Of a DNA stretch of 64,000 nucleotides, positions 58,758-64,000 are shown piece after piece. This stretch comes from an uncultured Candidatus Saccharibacteria bacterium. Lineage in GTDB: Bacteria > Patescibacteriota > Dojkabacteria > SC72. The stretch is taken from the NCBI GenBank assembly GCA_964621195.1, contig CAZULJ010000003.1, positions 24,412 through 88,411 of the forward strand, written 5' to 3'. Numbering within the stretch: position 1 is the stretch's first letter; every line of letters starts with the position of its first letter. Under the pieces are notes generated by a model. The model was not told the origin of the DNA. It searched no databases and saw only the letters and a list, made by a program, of their open reading frames with translations. The position numbers were made by a program, and so were the translations under genes.

Positions 58758-60212
58758 ATGGATAAAATTGACTTTGACAAATTTATAGAGGGAATACCAA
58801 AGCCTAATATAACAGATAGTAGAGTAGGTAATGTGGAAGAAATAGATACAGACGATGTATGGAAGATTGTTTCGGAAAATCTCAGGATGGCTCTTGATAA
58901 GGTGGAATACAAATCATGGTTTGGAGATACCTATTTGGAGAATATAAATAGTGGTGTGGCTACTTTCTCTTGTACTAGTGAGTTCAAGAAGAGCACTATA
59001 CAAAGAGATTTTAAAAATCTATTACAAAGTTGTCTTTTAAAAGCTACTGGGCAAAATCTTCAAATTGAGTTCTTTATAAAGACATCAACAAATCGGAAAG
59101 AGAATAGGTATGAATTTGTAAAACCTGCAAATGAAAATATTGATCTTTTTTCTGCATCTGAAAACGAACAACGTAAGTATCAAAGTGCCCTCAATAGCGC
59201 AAGATTAAACCCTAGGTATACATTTGATAGCTTCATCGTGGGTTCACAAAATAGGCTTGCAGAGGCATCTGCCCAGGCGGTAGTGCACGATTTGGGAAAG
59301 GCATATAACCCACTATTTTTCTACGGGAATACTGGTGTAGGTAAAACCCACCTTATGCAAGCAATAGGAAATGAGATCCTTAAGGCAGATCCAAACAAAA
59401 AAGTTGTTTATGTCTCAATAGAGCAGTTCTTAAATGAAATGATAGAGGCTATTAGAACAAAAAAGAACGAGGATTTTAGATCTAAGTATAGGGAGGTGGA
59501 CCTTTTAATGATTGATGATGTTCAATTTGTAGAAACTTACCCTAAAACACAAGAGGAGCTTTTCCATACATTCAATACGCTTTACCATGCAAACAAACAG
59601 ATAATCCTAGCTTCTGATAGACCACCAAAAGAAATTAGAAATATTGCCGATAGATTAAGGTCAAGGTTTGAAGGAGGAATAATAGCTGATCTACAAATGC
59701 CCGATTATGAGACTCGAGTTGCAATTCTAAAACAGGGGATGATTGAAAAGAACTTTGTAATTAGGGATGAGTATATCGAATTAATAGCTAAGAATATTGA
59801 TAGTAGCGTAAGAGAGTTGGAAGGAGCATTAAATAAAGTTATAACCCTTATGAGGCTAGGAGAGGAACCCTCTTATGAAGAGGTCGCAAGAATTCTACAA
59901 GTAGATATCGAAAGTAAACGTTTAAAGATTACTCCACAAAAAGTAATTAAATGTGTATCCACAGTCTTTGATGTTCCCGTATCAGATATTAAAGGTAGTA
60001 GAAGAACAGCATATATAGCTCTTACAAGACAGGTAGTAATGTATATATTAAGAAAAGAGCTTGATCTTCCGTTAGAGAGAGTAGCAAAAGAGGTTAATAG
60101 GAAGGATCATACTACAGTAATTCATGCATACAAACAAATTTCAGAAAGAGTTGAAAAAGATAGTAGATTCGCTGAAAAGATAGATCTTTGTAAAAGAGAG
60201 CTTTCAAAGTAG
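58758..60212 (+). CDS. dnaA: Replication initiator DnaA
   Basis: NPRYTFDSF, YNPLFFYGNTGVGKTHL, IDDVQF, RLRSRF, RELEGAL, KDHTTVIHA. Confidence 0.98.
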   Translation: MDKIDFDKFIEGIPKPNITDSRVGNVEEIDTDDVWKIVSENLRMALDKVEYKSWFGDTYLENINSGVATFSCTSEFKKSTIQRDFKNLLQSCLLKATGQNLQIEFFIKTSTNRKENRYEFVKPANENIDLFSASENEQRKYQSALNSARLNPRYTFDSFIVGSQNRLAEASAQAVVHDLGKAYNPLFFYGNTGVGKTHLMQAIGNEILKADPNKKVVYVSIEQFLNEMIEAIRTKKNEDFRSKYREVDLLMIDDVQFVETYPKTQEELFHTFNTLYHANKQIILASDRPPKEIRNIADRLRSRFEGGIIADLQMPDYETRVAILKQGMIEKNFVIRDEYIELIAKNIDSSVRELEGALNKVITLMRLGEEPSYEEVARILQVDIESKRLKITPQKVIKCVSTVFDVPVSDIKGSRRTAYIALTRQVVMYILRKELDLPLERVAKEVNRKDHTTVIHAYKQISERVEKDSRFAEKIDLCKRELSK

Positions 60213-60650
60213 CTGTGAATATGTAGTGGATAGCTGTGTATAACCTATGAACAAATAGGTATTACTCCACAAAAGGGGATGTGTTGTTATAAAAGGTTTT
60301 TATTAAAATTTCTTTTATTAACAATATATTAATATACACATACCTTAGGAACTTATCCGAAAGAGTACACATCTAATAGGGAAGTAAAGAAAATTTTTAG
60401 TAGTAGAGATTTTAGCAAGAATATGGAAAAGGATAACAACAAAACAATCTACATAGAAAATGTTAGCTTAAAAGTTTTATTAGAAAGATCTTTTAAATAG
60501 TAGTAGGGGAGTTATCGACATACCCACACTCCCTACTACTATGACAACTTAATATTTATAAAAGATAAAAGAGTAGAAAACTGTATAAAGATTAAGTAGA
60601 ATATAATATTTATACTGCCCATATACATAATATTTATTTTAGTAACTAAT
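60213..60650. other. Probable replication origin oriC (dnaA-dnaN intergenic region)
   Basis: AT-rich 438 bp; DnaA-box-like TGTGTATAA (60235-43), TGTGAATAT, AGTGGATAG, TTATCGACA (60512-20), TACCCACA; then CTCCC and DnaA-trios TACTACTAT. Confidence 0.82.
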
Positions 60651-61772
60651 ATGCAATTTACTTGTAATCAAGATACTTTTGCTAAGTATCTAAATATCAT
60701 AAGTAGGGTAGTAAGTAGCAAACCAGGATTACCAATATTAAACAATGTACAGTTCGAAAGTAGTAAGGGAAAGTTAATTCTTACAGCTACTGACTTAGAG
60801 ATTGGTGTGAATACATGGATTGGTGCGGATGTTAAATCTGAGGGTAAGATTACAGTTCCTGCAAAACAGTTAACCGAATTTGTAAATAGTGTTCCAGGAG
60901 AGATTGTAGATGTTACTTTAGACAATCAGAACTTTAATGTAACTAGTACGGGTAACTATGCGAGTTTTAATACTATGCCTGCTGATGATTTCCCTGCAGT
61001 AGCTTCTGTTGCTGACAAGAAGCCATTATTAAAAATATCAAAAGATCTTTTAGTTAAGGCTGTAAACAGAGTTGCTTTTGCTGCTGCTACAGATGATATT
61101 AAACCTGTATTAACAGGTATTCTCTTAGAAGCTGCAGGTGAAACTCTTTCTTTTGTCGGTACTGATGGGTTAAGACTCTCAAGACAAATCGTAAAACTTG
61201 ATGCTAATACTGAGAAAGATGTTAATGTTTTAGTCCCTGTAAAAGCTTTGATGGAACTTTCTCATATTGTATCTGAAGTCGGTGAGGACAATGTAATAGA
61301 AGTATATCTAATAGAGGATCGGAATCAGATTCTTTTTAGATATAGCGACATAGATCTTGTTTCTAGATTAATAGATGGGCAATTCCCAGAGTATAGACAG
61401 ATTATTCCTACCGGATATAAGACTCTTTCAAAAGTAAATAGATCAGAGTTTCTAAATTCCTTAAAGATTACAAATATTATTGCAAAGAGTGTCTTGGGTA
61501 ATAAACTAATATTAGATATTGATTCGAAGGAAGACAGTATAACACTCTCTGCTACACAAACAGACCTGGGTAGTAACAAAAGTACATTTAAGGGTTCTAT
61601 AGAAGGGGATCCACTCAAGATAGCTTTTAGTTCAAGATTATTATCAGACGTCTTAAACCATTTAGACTCCGAAGATATCCTTTTTGAGTGTAGCGAAACT
61701 GTTAAACCAGGAGTATTTAAGGTTGCTGATGATCCTGACTTTGTACATCTTGTGATGCCAATGATGCTTTAG
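60651..61772 (+). CDS. dnaN: DNA polymerase III beta sliding clamp
   Basis: PILNN, ATDLEIG, GTDGLRLS, SRLIDGQFPEY, LVMPM. Confidence 0.98.
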   Translation: MQFTCNQDTFAKYLNIISRVVSSKPGLPILNNVQFESSKGKLILTATDLEIGVNTWIGADVKSEGKITVPAKQLTEFVNSVPGEIVDVTLDNQNFNVTSTGNYASFNTMPADDFPAVASVADKKPLLKISKDLLVKAVNRVAFAAATDDIKPVLTGILLEAAGETLSFVGTDGLRLSRQIVKLDANTEKDVNVLVPVKALMELSHIVSEVGEDNVIEVYLIEDRNQILFRYSDIDLVSRLIDGQFPEYRQIIPTGYKTLSKVNRSEFLNSLKITNIIAKSVLGNKLILDIDSKEDSITLSATQTDLGSNKSTFKGSIEGDPLKIAFSSRLLSDVLNHLDSEDILFECSETVKPGVFKVADDPDFVHLVMPMML

Positions 61773-62445
61773 GAGTTTTTCTCTCCTTAACTCTGTAGCC
61801 TTGGCCATGTACTGTTTCAATTAAAGATTTATTGGATATTTTATCCCTTATCCTTTTAATATGAACATCTACAGTATTAGAGCCTGTATAGCTCCTGTAA
61901 TCCCATACATGATCGAGGAGCTCACATCTACTTACCGTTCTATTCTTGTTTTTTACCAAATACTCAAGTAATTCGTACTCTTTCTTTCTTAACTCTACTT
62001 CTCTATTATTTATACTTATGCTTTTGTTTTGGGTATCTAGTAGTACATCTCCAATATATATCTTTGAATCTACATAATTGTTTGGCCTTCTAAGTATAGA
62101 TTGTATTCTTGCAAGAAGCTCCTGCATTGGAAACGGATAAGAGAGGACATCATCACCACCATTATTTAAAAAATTTACTTTATCTCTCCAATTCCCTGTA
62201 CTACAAATTCCCAATATCTTGCAATTACTATCCTTTATTCCTTTTATCTTTCTTAATATATCAAGAGTAGTATTTTTCCCTGCCAGGTTTGTATCTATTA
62301 TTAATACTTCAAATATTTTCCTTTTTACTAAGTTTTCACTACTAAAGTCTGAAGTATCCTCTGTCATATTATATCCGTATACCGAAAGACTCTTTTTTAT
62401 TAGATAGGAAATAATCTTAGATTTCTCTATAATTAATATATTCAT
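61717..62445 (-). CDS. OmpR-family response regulator, orphan
   Basis: Receiver domain (LIIDTNL, GGDD..PF..ELLARI); winged helix (KEYELLEYL, SNTVDVHIKRIRDK, IETVHGQGY). Confidence 0.9.
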   Translation of the reverse strand: MNILIIEKSKIISYLIKKSLSVYGYNMTEDTSDFSSENLVKRKIFEVLIIDTNLAGKNTTLDILRKIKGIKDSNCKILGICSTGNWRDKVNFLNNGGDDVLSYPFPMQELLARIQSILRRPNNYVDSKIYIGDVLLDTQNKSISINNREVELRKKEYELLEYLVKNKNRTVSRCELLDHVWDYRSYTGSNTVDVHIKRIRDKISNKSLIETVHGQGYRVKERKTPKASLASQDVQSQDHQQP

Positions 62446-62491
62446 ATCTACATATTTGTAAATTTAATCTCTAAGGATATTCGGAAAGAAA

Positions 62492-62890
62492 ATGGAAGAG
62501 AAAACTTATAGAGAAAGAAATATTAAATTCCTTGCTTCTCTTCTTTTTGTGAATATTTTCTCTGTTACTATTTTGTTGTATTTACTCTCAATTGGAACAT
62601 TCATACCCTTAAAGGAGAGTGGGGAGTATGACTGGATTAATATCTCTGTTTTCTCCTCTCTTCTCTTTGTATTCATATCCTCATCTATTACTCTTCTAGC
62701 ACTAGCCTTTTTGACTCTTGTTTTGAAAAAAGAAAACAGTGATCTTCTCAAGTTTTCAGTCTTTAAATTTGGTATCGTAATAACCCTTGGTATATTTCTG
62801 GTAATAATGTTAAATTTCTTCCATATTCTAGATATATATTGGGGTGCAGGTATACTTTTAGTCCTACTTCTACTCTCATTTGTTATCTGA
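62492..62890 (+). CDS. Hypothetical membrane protein with about 4 TM segments
   Basis: 132-aa highly hydrophobic ORF. Confidence 0.72.
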   Translation: MEEKTYRERNIKFLASLLFVNIFSVTILLYLLSIGTFIPLKESGEYDWINISVFSSLLFVFISSSITLLALAFLTLVLKKENSDLLKFSVFKFGIVITLGIFLVIMLNFFHILDIYWGAGILLVLLLLSFVI

Positions 62891-62914
62891 AATATAAAGC
62901 AATATAATAGGCGT

Positions 62915-63601
62915 ATGGGAGAGAAGAAAAATACAATTCAAAATGAAATCTCTGATATTTTCAAAATTATCTCTGGTGAAATAAATCTGAGAGAAAAAGA
63001 GGAAGAAATTCAAAAGATTAAAGAGCAAAAAGTAAAGGAGAAGAAGGCTGAAAAGAGGAAAAAGATTGCTTCAAAGGAGATTGTTTTAGAAGAGAGTGAT
63101 ATACAAACTCCAACGGTAGTACAAAATATCAAGCTTTTTGAATGGGAGGCCCCTGATAGGCATGATATGAAATTGGAGAATAGGAGATTTCTAATAATTC
63201 TAGCCTTAGGAATGCTCTTCATCCTCTTCTTAGCTATCTTGGGAAACTATTTTCTCATGGCAGCTGTAGTTGCTTTCCTCTTCTTCCTTTATGTTGCAAG
63301 TACAAACAAACCAGGAGTAGTAACACACAAGATCACTGCGAGAGGAATAGATATTGGCAATAGATTGTACGAATGGTTTATGCTTGATAACTTTTGGTTC
63401 TCAATTAAAGATGGGCAGTACTTTTTAATTGTAGAAACAAAGTTAAGGTTTCCTAGGGCCCTAGTAGTTCTTTTGGGAGAGGCAGATAAAGATGCTATTT
63501 TTGTTTTACTTCAAGAGAAGGTCTTGTACAAAGATCTTCGTAAACAAAGCTTCATAGACCGTATATCATACGGTGAATATATTCCTTTTGAGGAGATATA
63601 A
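62915..63601 (+). CDS. Hypothetical membrane protein with two TMs and a PH-like C-terminal region
   Basis: FEWEAP, two TMs, HKITARGIDIG.RLYEW; -10 box 6 nt upstream. Confidence 0.72.
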   Translation: MGEKKNTIQNEISDIFKIISGEINLREKEEEIQKIKEQKVKEKKAEKRKKIASKEIVLEESDIQTPTVVQNIKLFEWEAPDRHDMKLENRRFLIILALGMLFILFLAILGNYFLMAAVVAFLFFLYVASTNKPGVVTHKITARGIDIGNRLYEWFMLDNFWFSIKDGQYFLIVETKLRFPRALVVLLGEADKDAIFVLLQEKVLYKDLRKQSFIDRISYGEYIPFEEI

Positions 63602-63622
63602 ATTCCTTTTAATAATGTATAA

Positions 63623-64000
<378 letters not shown>

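Overview
AT-rich chromosomal segment of a small-genome bacterium using the standard genetic code. Gene content suggests Patescibacteria/CPR, possibly Dojkabacteria (inference): double-domain ThyX, short HrcA and ValS, an FtsA-like/baseplate-J-like pair, and a DUF4012 protein. Most of the window is core genome: sufS-dcd-thyX-glyA-folD, groESL, murJ, hrcA-grpE-dnaK with two CIRCE operators, rplY, rpoBC-rpsL-rpsG, ftsK, rodZ-like, dnaG, rsmA, rpoD, pilN/pilO-like, metG, valS, rnj, three tRNAs, and jag-yidC-yidD-rnpA-rpmH-dnaA-oriC-dnaN. The last ~380 bp are probably the edge of an element integrated at tRNA-Ser(CGA). Highlights: (1) a valS T-box riboswitch combining an ultrashort Stem I with a transcription terminator; (2) an unannotated 39-aa basic peptide gene followed by a GC-rich structured element; (3) an actin-like ATPase paired with a membrane-anchored baseplate-J-like protein; (4) a WecA/PEGA/SDR-DUF4012 envelope cluster; (5) an oriC with DnaA-trios mirrored on both sides of tandem DnaA boxes; (6) pervasive leaderless promoters; (7) heavily substituted rifampicin and streptomycin target sites. 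All family calls are from motif recognition by eye, not database searches.
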